DNA from: Candidatus Omnitrophota bacterium
GTDB lineage: Bacteria > Omnitrophota > Gorgyraeia > 1-14-0-20-64-10
Assembly (NCBI GenBank): GCA_016177405.1
Contig: JACOVG010000004.1
Span: 18,674 to 82,673, forward strand
Direction of reading: 5' to 3'
DNA: 64,000 nucleotides
A program made the translations under genes and the position numbers. Shown piece after piece: positions 28,135 to 37,993 of the stretch (positions are counted from its first letter, which is position 1; the number at the start of each line of letters is the position of its first letter). The notes under the pieces were generated by a model. It ran no database searches and had not been told where the DNA came from. It saw only the letters and a list, made by a program, of their open reading frames with translations.

Positions 28135-29880
28135 TCACACCCAGCCGATGCGGGCGGCCTCCGGCGGCTTTTCCGGGAAGAGGGCAAGCATCGGATCGTT
28201 CATCTCGTAAAAGGAGGGGGGCTCGCAGGTCCACCCCTCTTTCAGGCGCTGGTCCTCCTGGCGCAGCTTGGCCAGGACGAATCGCCCGGCCAGGGGGGCG
28301 GCCAGCTTGGCCTTCCAGCCGATCTCCCGCTGGATCTCGTTCAAAAGAGCCGTGAGCTTCCGACAGAGCTCCGGCCGGCTCTTCCGGTACCAGCTCGCGG
28401 CCGCCCAGAGCATCGCGGGAAAGGTCACCTTCAGCTCTCTCGCCTCCCAGGCGAACCGGGCGCGGATTCTTTTGTCCGGATGGTTCTTGTACTTCCGCCG
28501 ACCTTTGAGGAGGGTGCGCGCGATCCGCAGGATGCTCGGGCCGTTGGTCTGAAAATCGCGCTCAAAGGCCTCGATGAGAAATTGGGTCTCCTCCCCCTTT
28601 TGAAGGTGGGGGTGCTTGTAATTGAACGTAAACTGCCCGTGGATGTCCGCGTCGTCGTACTCGCCCGGTTTGAGCAGCGCCCCCTTGGCCAGAAGCTCCG
28701 CGTGAAGGGGGGTGCCCGGGATGGGGGTGTAGAGCATGAACTGATGGAAATCGGTCTCGTGGCTTATGGAGTACTCGATGGCCTCCCGGAGGTTTTCCGA
28801 GGTGTGCTCCTCCAGCCCGATGATGCTCGAGCCCAGGACGCGGATGCCGTTGGCCTGGAGCTTCTGAATGAGGGAAAGGGTGTCTACCCCCTTCAGCTTC
28901 ACGTACTGGCTGCTCTTGCCCTCCAGCCCCATCCACACCCACGAAATCCCCAGCCCCACCAACTGCTCGATGGTGTAGGACTGCAGAACCCTCGCCGAGC
29001 TGAAGACGTACAGGGACCAGGATTTGCCGTGCTCCTCCATCAGCGCCAAGAGCCGCAGGGCCCGCTGGCGGTGCAGGAGGAAGTTCTCATCCATGACAAA
29101 GAAGGAGCGCACCTCCATCTGGGTTTCAAGCCCCTCCATGATGCGGAACAGCTCGTCTCCCGTTTCGTAAAAGTTGACGAATTTGCCCTTGCCCCCGAAC
29201 ATCGCGGAGGTCGCGCAGAAGTTGCACCCCATGGGACAGCCGACGGACGGGATCAGCGTGGCGGCCACCTCGCCCTTCTTCTTTCTCACCTCCAGGCCCA
29301 TCGCCCGGGTCTTGACCGCGGAAAGGATCAGGGCGTGCCGGATGGGCCGGTCCACCTGCTCTCCCAAGAAGCGGCGGAACCAACGGACCCCCTCTCCCCG
29401 GATGATGTGGTCCGCGTCTATCCGTTTTTCCAGCCCCGGGGCGTTGGCGATGTGCCCCCCCACAACGATCGCCGCCTGGGGCAGATGCTCCCGGATGAGG
29501 CGGCACATCTTCTGAACCTTGCCGATGTTGGGCATGATCGCGCTGATCCCCACGACGTCGTAGGGATGCTCGCGGATCTCCTGGATGAAACGGTCCAGCG
29601 TTGGGAAGTCCAGCAGGGCGCAGGGGGCGTTGACGTTGGCCTGGATCATCATCAGCCCCCAGGAGCGGTGAAACATCCGCAGGGAAAACGGCCCCTGCGT
29701 GCGCGTGACCTGGTTGTGGTAAAGCTCCATCGGGTTGATGGAGCGGCTGCCGTACTCGTCGTCCCGCGCGTAAGGCCCGAAGACGCTGGAAAGCAGGACC
29801 CTGGCCCTCCCTCCCAGGGGATGGACCGCCTCTTCCTCTTTTTTTTCCGCTTCCGCTATCGTGCCGACGCCGTCATTCAT
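28135..29880 (-). CDS. B12-binding radical SAM protein (paralog of 13364-14974)
   Basis: [26 protein letters not shown]; start uncertain. Confidence 0.85.
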   Translation of the reverse strand: MNDGVGTIAEAEKKEEEAVHPLGGRARVLLSSVFGPYARDDEYGSRSINPMELYHNQVTRTQGPFSLRMFHRSWGLMMIQANVNAPCALLDFPTLDRFIQEIREHPYDVVGISAIMPNIGKVQKMCRLIREHLPQAAIVVGGHIANAPGLEKRIDADHIIRGEGVRWFRRFLGEQVDRPIRHALILSAVKTRAMGLEVRKKKGEVAATLIPSVGCPMGCNFCATSAMFGGKGKFVNFYETGDELFRIMEGLETQMEVRSFFVMDENFLLHRQRALRLLALMEEHGKSWSLYVFSSARVLQSYTIEQLVGLGISWVWMGLEGKSSQYVKLKGVDTLSLIQKLQANGIRVLGSSIIGLEEHTSENLREAIEYSISHETDFHQFMLYTPIPGTPLHAELLAKGALLKPGEYDDADIHGQFTFNYKHPHLQKGEETQFLIEAFERDFQTNGPSILRIARTLLKGRRKYKNHPDKRIRARFAWEARELKVTFPAMLWAAASWYRKSRPELCRKLTALLNEIQREIGWKAKLAAPLAGRFVLAKLRQEDQRLKEGWTCEPPSFYEMNDPMLALFPEKPPEAARIGWV

Positions 29881-29901
29881 GCCGCTCTCCAAGTGGACCT
29901 T

Positions 29902-29940
29902 AAAAAGAGCGCAGGCCCAAGAGCGCTCCTGGGCCTGCGC
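29902..29940 (-). terminator. Terminator after csp
   Basis: GCGCAGGCCCA..TGGGCCTGCGC hairpin followed by TCTTTTT on the minus strand. Confidence 0.75.
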
Positions 29941-29966
29941 CAAACAACCGGTAAGGGTTTACGACC

Positions 29967-30182
29967 TCACGCGGCAACCGGGGAAAGCCGCTTCACGTTG
30001 GAAGCCTGCTCGCCCTTGGGACCCGTGGTGATCTCGAACTCCACGGATTCCCCGTCGCGGAGCGTCTTGAAACCGTCCGCCTGGACCGCCGAGAAGTGGA
30101 CGAAGACGTCCTTTCCATTCTCCGGGGTGATGAATCCGTACCCCTTCTGGTCGCTGAACCACTTGACTGTACCTTTAACCAT
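29967..30182 (-). CDS. cspA: Cold-shock protein
   Basis: KGTVKWF..KGYGFI..DVFVHFS. Confidence 0.93.
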   Translation of the reverse strand: MVKGTVKWFSDQKGYGFITPENGKDVFVHFSAVQADGFKTLRDGESVEFEITTGPKGEQASNVKRLSPVAA

Positions 30183-30342
30183 TCTATGTTTGGATAACCT
30201 TCCTTTCTTCTGCGGCACTCAATGAAGGAGACCATACAAACAGAAACGACTGCCGCTTAAGTAAGAGCTGGCAGTCGCCGAATTTCTCTGTTCTCTGAAA
30301 TCCCTACACAGCCGTTTCACACTTACTTAACTACAAGGGCGT

Positions 30343-30371
30343 ATTCTACCCCTCCCCGTCGGAGAAGTCAA
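30343..30371 (-). promoter_or_regulatory. Sigma70 promoter of csp (long 5' UTR)
   Basis: TTGACT-N17-TAGAAT. Confidence 0.7.
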
Positions 30372-30397
30372 GGGAATAGTTCCCCTTCCGCCCAAGT

Positions 30398-30625
30398 TCA
30401 CGGGTGGGGAAGAATCTCCACCAGCTTCTGCCGGCTCTTTGCGCCGCGGACAATCGCCACCAATCGCCTGGGCAGGCCAAAATGCTCCGCCAGCGCCTCG
30501 ATGACGGCCGCGTTGGCCCGCCCCTCGTCCGCCGGCTCGGTGACCTTGACCCGCAGGCTTCCGTCCGGGGCCTCCTCGACGGCCCTTTGCCGGGCCCGCG
30601 GGATCACCCTTACCTGGATCCGCAT
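30398..30625 (-). CDS. DUF167/YggU family protein
   Basis: VRVIPRA..VTEPADEGRANAA..GAKSRQK. Confidence 0.9.
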   Translation of the reverse strand: MRIQVRVIPRARQRAVEEAPDGSLRVKVTEPADEGRANAAVIEALAEHFGLPRRLVAIVRGAKSRQKLVEILPHP

Positions 30626-30855
30626 GCCAGAAGCGCTTTTTTCTCGGGGCGCCATCCTTTGATCTCGGCCTCCCGCTTGAGCGCGGACGTCCGGCCGGGA
30701 TGGGGTTCCTGGAAGAGGAGCTTAACGGGCCGCTTGGCGCGCGTGCAGGCGCCGCCCTTGCCGGCGTTGTGCTCCTTAAGGCGCCGGTTCACGTCGGTGG
30801 TCACGCCGGTGTAGAGAGAGCCGTCGCGGCAGCGCAGAATATAAACGAACCACAT
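30610..30855 (-). CDS. Small GIY-YIG nuclease (UPF0213/YhbQ-like)
   Basis: MWFVYILRCRDGSLYTGVTTDVNRRLKEHN..ALKREAEIK. Confidence 0.9.
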   Translation of the reverse strand: MWFVYILRCRDGSLYTGVTTDVNRRLKEHNAGKGGACTRAKRPVKLLFQEPHPGRTSALKREAEIKGWRPEKKALLACGSR

Positions 30856-30933
30856 AGTAGTGGGAGGCGTTACTGGCCGTGCCATGCTGATCCAACCTGC
30901 CTGGCACCCACAGTAACGCCTCCTATTTTGGGA

Positions 30934-31115
30934 TGTACCGTGCACTAGAAACTTGGAGGTCCTGCAACACTCCTGGCCGTCGTGTTACAGGATTTTTCTT
31001 GTACCGTGCACCTAAAGGTGCACTAAAAACATAGAGGTCCTGCAACACTCCTGATCGTCGTGTTACAGGATTTTTCTTGAACCGTGCGCTATTCGCGCAC
31101 TAAAAACATAGAGGT
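30934..31115. repeat. Tandem ~78-bp hairpin repeat (two full copies plus a partial)
   Basis: Units start at 30940, 31018 and 31095: GTGCACTA.AAAC...GAGGTCCTGCAACACTCCTG..CGTCGTGTTACAGGATTTTTCTTG.ACCGTGC. Confidence 0.9.
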
Positions 31116-31117
31116 AA

Positions 31118-31188
31118 CTGCCCCGCTAGGACTCGAACCTAGACAAGCAGATCCAGAATCTGCTGTGCTACCATTACACCACAGGGCA
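31118..31188 (-). tRNA. tRNA-Gln(CTG)
   Basis: Cloverleaf, anticodon arm GCAGA-TTCTGGA-TCTGC, GGTTCGAGTCC; CCA not encoded. Confidence 0.95.
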
Positions 31189-31198
31189 GTTTCATCTA

Positions 31199-31238
31199 AG
31201 TTTCTAGTGCACGATAGTGCACAGTACAAGAAGAATCC
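31199..31238. repeat. Inverted partial copy of the 78-bp repeat
   Basis: Reverse complement is GGATTCTTCTTGTACTGTGCACTATCGTGCACTAGAAACT. Confidence 0.8.
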
Positions 31239-31288
31239 CGCATAGCGGGATACATCATTATAAGGGATAATGCGGGGGGGCGCCTAGA

Positions 31289-32062
31289 TTGAACTATTTC
31301 CTCGTGGGGGTGGCCGCGGCGGCCGCGGCGGGGCTCACGCTGGCCTCGGGCTTCGGGCTGGCGACCCTCCTGATGCCGGTGCTGGCCCTCTTTTTTCCGG
31401 TGTCGGAGGCGATCGCCCTAACAGCGGTGGTTCACCTCCTCAACAATCTCTTCAAGCTTCTCCTCCTGGGCCGGCATACCCGCTATCCGATCGTCCTTAA
31501 GTTTGGGATACCGGCTTTGGCCAGCGCGGTCCTCGGGGCTTGGGCCCTGGTGGAGCTGTCCAAGATTCCCTCCTTAGCGGTTTACCACTTCCTGGGAATG
31601 GAACGGGTGATCTCGCCAGTCAAGTGCGTGATCGCGCTGCTGATGGCCGGGTTTGGCCTGCTGGAGATCCTGCCCCGATGGCAGGCCTTTTCCTTTCAAC
31701 CGAAGTACCTCCCCCTGGGAGGAGTTTTGTCCGGTTTCTTCGGGGGGCTCTCCGGGCACCAGGGGGCCTTTCGGAGCGCCTTCCTGGCGAAGTGCGGCTT
31801 GACGACGGAGGGCTTCCTGGGGACGGGTGTGGCGATCGCCATCCTGATTGACTTGGCCCGGATTCCGGTTTACCTGGGGCACCTGGGCACCTTTGATGGA
31901 GGCCAAAGCGGTCCGATTCTGGTTTTGGCTACGGTGTCGGCCTTTGCCGGAAGCTGGATCGGTTTTCGTCTGGCCAGGAGACTCACGATCCAGACGGTTC
32001 AGAGGGGGGTGGCCTTTTTTCTCTTTCTGATCGCGGCCGCGCTGGCCAGCGGGTTGATCTAA
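31289..32062 (+). CDS. TSUP/TauE-SafE family membrane protein
   Basis: SGFGLATLL, LSGFFGGLSGHQGA; multi-TM. Confidence 0.85.
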   Translation: MNYFLVGVAAAAAAGLTLASGFGLATLLMPVLALFFPVSEAIALTAVVHLLNNLFKLLLLGRHTRYPIVLKFGIPALASAVLGAWALVELSKIPSLAVYHFLGMERVISPVKCVIALLMAGFGLLEILPRWQAFSFQPKYLPLGGVLSGFFGGLSGHQGAFRSAFLAKCGLTTEGFLGTGVAIAILIDLARIPVYLGHLGTFDGGQSGPILVLATVSAFAGSWIGFRLARRLTIQTVQRGVAFFLFLIAAALASGLI

Positions 32063-33354
32063 GCGGCGAGGGAGCCGGCGGCGAGGCGGAGGCGGCGAAG
32101 GGCGCGGTCGCGGCCGGCCACCGCCAGGACGTGAAAGAGGGAAGGCCCCACCGAGCGGCCGGTGACCGCCACCCGGGCCGGGTGGATGAGCTCGGCGGCC
32201 TTCGCCTTAAGCTCATCGGCCAGCCCTCGGCAGGCCGACTCGATGGCGGCGGCGTCCCAGGCGGGGAGCTTCTCCAGCCGGTCGGCAAAGGCGGTCAGGC
32301 GCTGGGCTGTTCCCGGGAGTTTTAAGCGGAGGCGGACCGCTTCCTCATCGTAAGGGACTTCATCGGTGAAGAGGCCTTGGGCTTGGCGGCAGAGATCTTC
32401 CACCGTCTCGGCCCGATCCTTGTAAAGCTGAACCACCTCCGCCATCCAGACAGGGTCCAGACTCTCTTTCCACCAGCCGCGCTCCTTCAGCGCCTGCTGA
32501 ACCAGAGGCAGCAGGGTCTCGAGGGAGGCGGCCTTCAGGTACTGGCTGTTCATCCAGGAGAATTTCTTCAGGTCGAAGATGGCGCCGGTCTTTCCCACCT
32601 TGGCCAGGTCGAAGGTCTTGATCAGCTCGTCGAGGGAGAGGATCTCCCGGTCATCCCCAGGCGACCAGCCCAGGAGGGCCAGGAAATTGACCACCGCCTC
32701 CGGAAGATAGCCGAGCTTCTGGTAGTCGTTCAGGTTCGTCGCGCCGTGGCGCTTGGAAAGCCGCGAGCGGTCGGTTCCGAGAATCAAGGGGATGTGGGCG
32801 AACTTCGGGGGCGTGAGCTTGAGCGCCCGGTAAAGAAGAAGCTGTTTGGGGCTGTTGGAGATGTGGTCGTCGCCCCGGATCACATGGGTGATCTTGAAGT
32901 CGGAGTCGTCCACGACACAGGCGAAGTTGTAGGTCGGCATGCCGTCGGATTTGATCAGGACCTGATCCTTGATCTCCAGGGTGTTCACCTCGATCGCGCC
33001 GTGGACCAGATCCTCCAGGCGGATCACCTCGCCCGGGGTCACCTTGAAGAGGATCGCCTGCCCCTCCGGGTAGGCGGCTCCTTCCGAAAGGAGCTTTTCG
33101 GCGAGCGTCCGGTAGCGCTCCAAGCGCTTGCTTTGAAACTCCACCTCGCCGTCCCAGGCAAGCCCCAGCCATTTGAGCGAGGCGAGAATCTCATCCAAAA
33201 ACTCCGGTTTGGAGCGGACGGCGTCGGTGTCCTCGATCCTTAGGAGGAATTCCCCCTTCTCGTGGCGGGCGAAGAGCCAGTTGAACAAGGCCGTGCGGGC
33301 CGAACCCACATGGAGAAAGCCGGTGGGGCTGGGGGCGAACCGGGCGCGGATCAT
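32059..33354 (-). CDS. gltX: Glutamate-tRNA ligase (short form)
   Basis: RFAPSPTG, HVGS, RIEDTD, IRGDDH, RLSKR. Confidence 0.95.
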   Translation of the reverse strand: MIRARFAPSPTGFLHVGSARTALFNWLFARHEKGEFLLRIEDTDAVRSKPEFLDEILASLKWLGLAWDGEVEFQSKRLERYRTLAEKLLSEGAAYPEGQAILFKVTPGEVIRLEDLVHGAIEVNTLEIKDQVLIKSDGMPTYNFACVVDDSDFKITHVIRGDDHISNSPKQLLLYRALKLTPPKFAHIPLILGTDRSRLSKRHGATNLNDYQKLGYLPEAVVNFLALLGWSPGDDREILSLDELIKTFDLAKVGKTGAIFDLKKFSWMNSQYLKAASLETLLPLVQQALKERGWWKESLDPVWMAEVVQLYKDRAETVEDLCRQAQGLFTDEVPYDEEAVRLRLKLPGTAQRLTAFADRLEKLPAWDAAAIESACRGLADELKAKAAELIHPARVAVTGRSVGPSLFHVLAVAGRDRALRRLRLAAGSLAA

Positions 33355-33357
33355 CGG

Positions 33358-33648
33358 CTATTCATCGCCCTCCACCTTGTAGTCGCCGGAGTTGGCCTCC
33401 CGAAGGCGCTCGCGCACCTCGTCGAAGAGGCGGGTCTCCAGCTTGCCGCCGGAGGACTTCACCAGCACCTCCACCTTTTTGGCGGCCGCCTCCAGGGATT
33501 TGGCACATTCCTTCACCAGGGCCACCCCTTCCTCAAACTGCTTGAGCCTTGTCTCCAGCGGCAGATCGGAGCCCTGCATCTCTTCCACAATCGCCTCCAA
33601 ACGCTCCAGGGAATGCTCGAAAGAACCCTTTGCCGATTTCGTGGCCAT
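33358..33648 (-). CDS. xseB: Exodeoxyribonuclease VII small subunit
   Basis: FEHSLERLEAIV..L..FEEGVAL; next to xseA. Confidence 0.9.
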   Translation of the reverse strand: MATKSAKGSFEHSLERLEAIVEEMQGSDLPLETRLKQFEEGVALVKECAKSLEAAAKKVEVLVKSSGGKLETRLFDEVRERLREANSGDYKVEGDE

Positions 33649-33650
33649 GG

Positions 33651-34979
33651 TTATCTCCCTTTCTCCACGCGGCTGGTTAGTTCCCCGCGAAGAAGCTTTG
33701 TTTTGATGAGGTCTCCGGGGCTTACCGCTTGGGCCGATTTCAGGATCCGGCCCTTGGCGTCAAAGGTGATCGAATAGCCCCGCGCGAGGACCGCCAGGGG
33801 GCTTAGGGCGTTCAGGCGGCCGGCCAGCCCCAGAAAGCGGGAGGTCAGCTGTTCCAGCCCGCGGGCCATTCCGCTCTCCAGGGAATGATGGAGGCGGGTC
33901 AGCCGCTCCGCCTGATGGAGAATGACCGCCTGGGGCGAATAGGACAGCAGTTGGCTTTGCAGAATCCGGATCCGGTGGGCGGCGGTCAGCAGGGGCTCTT
34001 GAAGGCTCTCAATTAGGGAATCCCTTGAATCCTCCAGGCCCTCCGTAAGCTCGCCCAGCCACTCTTCCAGTTCGGTGAAAGCCTTGTCGTCCAGGACCGC
34101 CGTAAGCCGGTCCAGGCAATCCTTGCGCCGGGCCAAGACCATCTCCGCCGCGTGGGTGGGGGTGGGGGCGCGCAGGTCCGCGGCCAAATCCGAGATCGTC
34201 ACATCCTTCTCGTGGCCGACCGCCGAGATCACCGGAATCCGGGAAGCCGCGACGGCGCGGGCCACCACCTCCTCGTTGAAGGCCCAGAGGTCCTCCAGCG
34301 AGCCCCCGCCCCGGCCCACGATGACGAGGTCCAGCCCCTCGAAGGCATTGAGCTCCCGGATCCCCTGGGCGACCGCCTCGGCCGCGCCATCCCCCTGCAC
34401 CCGGACCGGCCTCAAGTAAACCTGAACCCTGCCGCGAAGGAGCTTGAGCATATCCTCTATGGCGGCCCCGGTGGGGGAGGTGACGATCCCGACCCGTTCC
34501 GGAAAGGCCGGCAGGGGGCGCTTGCGCTCGTCGGCAAAGAGCCCCTCCTTCTGGAGCCGTTCCTTAAGCTGCTCAAAGGCAAGCTGAAGCGCCCCGATCC
34601 CTTTGGGCTCGAGGTGCTCCACGTAAAGCTGGCAGTCGCCGCGGGGTGGATAGAGGCTGATCTTGCCCAGACACACGACCTTGAGCCCGTGCTCCAGGTT
34701 GAAGCGGAGTCTCTCGCGGGCGGGCCGCCACATCACGCACTTGATCAGGGCGTCGGAATCCTTCAGGGAAAAGTAGAGGTGCCCCTTGGTGGAGATGGTC
34801 GGCTGGGAGATCTCCCCCTCCACCCAGACCGCCTGGAAGCTTTCCTCCAGGAGGGTCTGGATTTTCCGGGTGAGCTCCGAGACGGTCAGGATCTTGCGCT
34901 CGTCCGGGGGAGGAATCTCCTCCGGGGCAAGCTCCGGATTGGCGAAGGAATCTTTCAGCAGGTAGCGCCGGGTGGGCAC
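33651..34979 (-). CDS. xseA: Exodeoxyribonuclease VII large subunit
   Basis: VWVEGEIS, GHLYFSLKD, GRGGGSLEDLW, SAVGHE; start uncertain (GTG 34979). Confidence 0.95.
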   Translation of the reverse strand: MPTRRYLLKDSFANPELAPEEIPPPDERKILTVSELTRKIQTLLEESFQAVWVEGEISQPTISTKGHLYFSLKDSDALIKCVMWRPARERLRFNLEHGLKVVCLGKISLYPPRGDCQLYVEHLEPKGIGALQLAFEQLKERLQKEGLFADERKRPLPAFPERVGIVTSPTGAAIEDMLKLLRGRVQVYLRPVRVQGDGAAEAVAQGIRELNAFEGLDLVIVGRGGGSLEDLWAFNEEVVARAVAASRIPVISAVGHEKDVTISDLAADLRAPTPTHAAEMVLARRKDCLDRLTAVLDDKAFTELEEWLGELTEGLEDSRDSLIESLQEPLLTAAHRIRILQSQLLSYSPQAVILHQAERLTRLHHSLESGMARGLEQLTSRFLGLAGRLNALSPLAVLARGYSITFDAKGRILKSAQAVSPGDLIKTKLLRGELTSRVEKGR

Positions 34980-34983
34980 GCGA

Positions 34984-35772
34984 TCAGCTCCCGAAGGACT
35001 CCTGGACTCTTTCGATGGAGAGGGCGCGGCCGGTCGCGGGGTCCACCTCAACCACCGCCCCGCAGAGCTTGACGTTGCCGTCGGCCACGTCGAAGCGGCT
35101 GGGCATGCCGGTCAGGAACTTCTCCATCACCGGCTCCACCTTGCGGCCGATCACCGAGTCGTAAGGGCCGGTCATTCCCAGATCGGTGAGGTAGGCCGTC
35201 CCCTTGGGGAGGATCCTCTCGTCGGCCGTCTGGATGTGGGTGTGGGTGCCCACGACGGCGCTCACCTTGCCGTCCAGGAACCAGCCCATCACCACCTTCT
35301 CGGAGGTGGCCTCGCCGTGCATGTCCACGATCACAATCGGAGTGGTTTTCCGGAGCTCCTCGGCCAGGCGCTCTCCGGCCCGGAAGGGGTCGTCCAGGGC
35401 GTCCACCCCCATGAAGACCCGGCCCAGGAGGTTGATCACCCCGACCTTCACCTTGTTCTTGGCCTCGTAGAGGTACGATCCGAAACCCGGCGTCCTTTTG
35501 GGGTAGTTGGCCGGCTTCAGGAGCCGGGGCTCGGCATCCATGAAGGGGCCGATCTCCCGATAACGCCAGATGTGCTGGCCGCTGGTCATCATGTCCACGG
35601 TGGCCAGCAGTTCCTGGGCGGTCTTGGGGGTGACACCGGCGCCGCCGGCGATGTTCTCGCAGTTGGCGATGGTGAAATCTATCTTGTGGCGGACCTTCAG
35701 AATCGGGACCAGGGCCTTCACCGCGTCCCGTCCCGGCGCCCCCACCACATCCCCGACGATTAGGATCTTCAT
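34984..35772 (-). CDS. ymdB: YmdB/TIGR00282 metallophosphoesterase
   Basis: GDVVG..GR, DMHGEATSEK, GTHTH, DLGMTGP. Confidence 0.93.
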   Translation of the reverse strand: MKILIVGDVVGAPGRDAVKALVPILKVRHKIDFTIANCENIAGGAGVTPKTAQELLATVDMMTSGQHIWRYREIGPFMDAEPRLLKPANYPKRTPGFGSYLYEAKNKVKVGVINLLGRVFMGVDALDDPFRAGERLAEELRKTTPIVIVDMHGEATSEKVVMGWFLDGKVSAVVGTHTHIQTADERILPKGTAYLTDLGMTGPYDSVIGRKVEPVMEKFLTGMPSRFDVADGNVKLCGAVVEVDPATGRALSIERVQESFGS

Positions 35773-35776
35773 TTTA

Positions 35777-36325
35777 TTATGAGTCCGCGATCACCTTGGA
35801 AACCGGCTGATCGTGCGGCTCCCATGGAAGCTCCTTGAGAAGCTGGAACCGGAAGGCCAGCCCCACCCGCGGCACCCGGCGCGGCACCTTCGCCAAGAAG
35901 CGGTCAAAATAACCTCCGCCCCGGCCCAGGCGCCGGAGCTCCCGGTCAAAGGCCAGCCCCGGAACAACGACAAGATCTATCGCCGCCATTGGAACCCGCC
36001 GGCCAACCGCCGGCTCCGGGATTCCAAATGCCCCGCGGTGGTTAAGCTCCTCAAGGCCGCGGATCTCCACGGGGATAATCCCCTTGCGGGAGCTTCGCGT
36101 CACCGGCACCGCCACCCTTTTCCCGTCGGCCAGGGCCTGGGCCAGAACCGGCCGGGTCTCCACTTCTCCGTCGAAGGCGGCGTAGCACAGCAGGAAACGG
36201 GCCTTTCGGTAGAGGGCAAGGCGCCGCAGTTTACCGGCAATCTTCCTGCTTTTGGCAAGGCGCGCGCTTTCCGGCTGTTGACGAAGTTTCTGAAGAAGGC
36301 GTTCCCGAAGGATTTTCTTGGCCAC
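35777..36325 (-). CDS. ygfA: 5-formyltetrahydrofolate cyclo-ligase
   Basis: FGIPEP, VPGLAFD, RLGRGGGYFDRFL, EPHD; start uncertain. Confidence 0.9.
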   Translation of the reverse strand: MAKKILRERLLQKLRQQPESARLAKSRKIAGKLRRLALYRKARFLLCYAAFDGEVETRPVLAQALADGKRVAVPVTRSSRKGIIPVEIRGLEELNHRGAFGIPEPAVGRRVPMAAIDLVVVPGLAFDRELRRLGRGGGYFDRFLAKVPRRVPRVGLAFRFQLLKELPWEPHDQPVSKVIADS

Positions 36326-36385
36326 GACGGGCCCAGGATAGCACAGCCCGACGGAAAAATCCACGCGGGGAACGGGCGCGGTTCC

Positions 36386-36414
36386 TTGACAAAGGCCGCG
36401 CCTTTCGATAAACT
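36386..36414 (+). promoter_or_regulatory. Sigma70 promoter
   Basis: TTGACA-N17-TAAACT upstream of AAAGGAGG and ORF 36442. Confidence 0.7.
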
Positions 36415-36441
36415 CCCCTCATCCCCATCACAAAAAGGAGG

Positions 36442-36891
36442 GTGGCTGTGAAAAAAAGCCTTTTAAGACTCGAGGCCGCGTTGTTGCTTTCGAGTCTTTT
36501 TTTCTGTCCGCTGGGGGGCCTACCCGCTCACGCCGAGGAAGAGGAGCTCCCGCCTCAGGAACCGGTTGTTGCCACCGAGGATGAGGTCTTAAAGGAGCAA
36601 ATCGCCCAGGTCCACCAGGGCCTTTTGGAAATCCACCAGGCGATGGCGAAGCGCCGAAGAACCCTCATGGCCGAAACCAACGAAGTCAGAAAGGCCAACC
36701 TCTACGCCGAGATCGACGGCCTTCGGAAAGAGTACAACCTGCTTCAAGACCTCCTTTTTGAGCTGGTGGATGAGGCCACCGCCACCGAATGGACCAAGAT
36801 TGACGAAGCGCTCAAAAGGGTCCGGCGCTTCGAACGCTACCAGGAGCGAGCCTATCAAAAAGAGGAGAATCTCCGTGAACGCCAGCAGTAG
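36442..36891 (+). CDS. Exported helical hypothetical protein
   Basis: Signal peptide ending AHA; coiled-coil-like; strong SD. Confidence 0.7.
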   Translation: MAVKKSLLRLEAALLLSSLFFCPLGGLPAHAEEEELPPQEPVVATEDEVLKEQIAQVHQGLLEIHQAMAKRRRTLMAETNEVRKANLYAEIDGLRKEYNLLQDLLFELVDEATATEWTKIDEALKRVRRFERYQERAYQKEENLRERQQ

Positions 36892-37915
36892 AGGCAGGGG
36901 ATGGCTTGCCGCCTGGCTGGCGGCCGGCCTGCTGGGCTCCCAGGTTCCGGCCTTCGCCCAGGAGACGGCCCCCTCCACCGCGGAGGTGGTTGTCGCCATC
37001 AAGCGGAGGGCCCAGCAGATCCTGGAGGAGCGCCGGCGGGCCAAGCGCCTGCGCGTCTCGTGGGACATCTCCCAGCTTGTGGGCTACGAGTCCAACCCGG
37101 CCAACGGCCCGGACCACATCGGAGATACCTACTTTGAGCAGAGCGTTTACGGGACCTTTTCCAAGAAGCTCGCCCCCACCATCACCTGGCAGGGGATTTA
37201 CTCCGGTTCCTACGACAACTACGTGGAATACGGCGACGGCGACTACATGTCGCATACCCTCACCCCCGTCAAGCTCCTCTGGCAGCCGGGCCGGATGTGG
37301 CGGGTAGACACCGGAGCGGATTTCAACATCACCTATTACCCTCGGTCGAAGGGCTCCAACTACCGGGACCTCAAGCCCTTCGTCGGGGTGCGGCAAAATC
37401 TCTGGGGAACATGGTTCCAGACGGCCCGGTACGAGTGGTTCATCCGGGATTACATCTCGAAGCAAGCCCGGGACGGAAACAGCGCCGAGACCCTCTCCAA
37501 CCGGGTGGACACCCGGCACCGCCTCCGGTATGAGCTTGGGACCACCTGGCAGGAGGCCCTCCTGAAGGTCAAGCAGGAGTGGTACTCCCACGACTCCAAC
37601 GACGCCCGCAACGACTTCTACGACGCCCAGGACTACAAGGTGACCGCCTCGGTGAACCGGAACCTCACCGAGAAGTTCTCGGCCAACGCCAGCTATTCCT
37701 TCGAGCGCAAAAACTACGAGCACCGGCCGGTCACCGGGATCACCGCCGAGGCCCGCTACGACGACACCCAGACCTGGACGGTCGCCGGAACTTACGATTT
37801 CAACAACACCTGGAGCTTCGCGCCGAGCTTCAGCTACAAGTTCCTCGATTCCAACGAGCCGACCGGCGAGTACGTGGACACCACGATCACCGGCACGTTG
37901 TCCGCTCGGTTTTAA
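36875..37915 (+). CDS. Outer-membrane beta-barrel protein, unknown family
   Basis: Signal peptide (AFA), alternating Tyr/Thr-rich strands, terminal LSARF; GTG 36875 start. Confidence 0.75.
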   Translation: MNASSRGRGWLAAWLAAGLLGSQVPAFAQETAPSTAEVVVAIKRRAQQILEERRRAKRLRVSWDISQLVGYESNPANGPDHIGDTYFEQSVYGTFSKKLAPTITWQGIYSGSYDNYVEYGDGDYMSHTLTPVKLLWQPGRMWRVDTGADFNITYYPRSKGSNYRDLKPFVGVRQNLWGTWFQTARYEWFIRDYISKQARDGNSAETLSNRVDTRHRLRYELGTTWQEALLKVKQEWYSHDSNDARNDFYDAQDYKVTASVNRNLTEKFSANASYSFERKNYEHRPVTGITAEARYDDTQTWTVAGTYDFNNTWSFAPSFSYKFLDSNEPTGEYVDTTITGTLSARF

Positions 37916-37939
37916 AACAGGAAACCCCGCCTCCAACCT

Positions 37940-37973
37940 AAAGGGCGCCAGGTTTAAACCTGGCGCCCTTTTT
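37940..37973. terminator. Bidirectional terminator, perfect 32-bp palindrome
   Basis: AAAGGGCGCCAGGTTT-AAACCTGGCGCCCTTT between convergent genes. Confidence 0.85.
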
Positions 37974-37993
37974 GGCTTCTGACTTCTTATCGG

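Noticed and set aside
29881-29943. N-terminal extension of the radical SAM ORF to 29943
   Set aside because: Lies within the csp terminator hairpin; ATG 29880 is more plausible.
30934-31115. Possible CRISPR array
   Set aside because: Units are near-identical over their whole length with no unique spacers, and there are no cas genes.
31118-31250. Prophage or integrative element at tRNA-Gln
   Set aside because: No integrase and no duplicated tRNA 3' end seen in the window.
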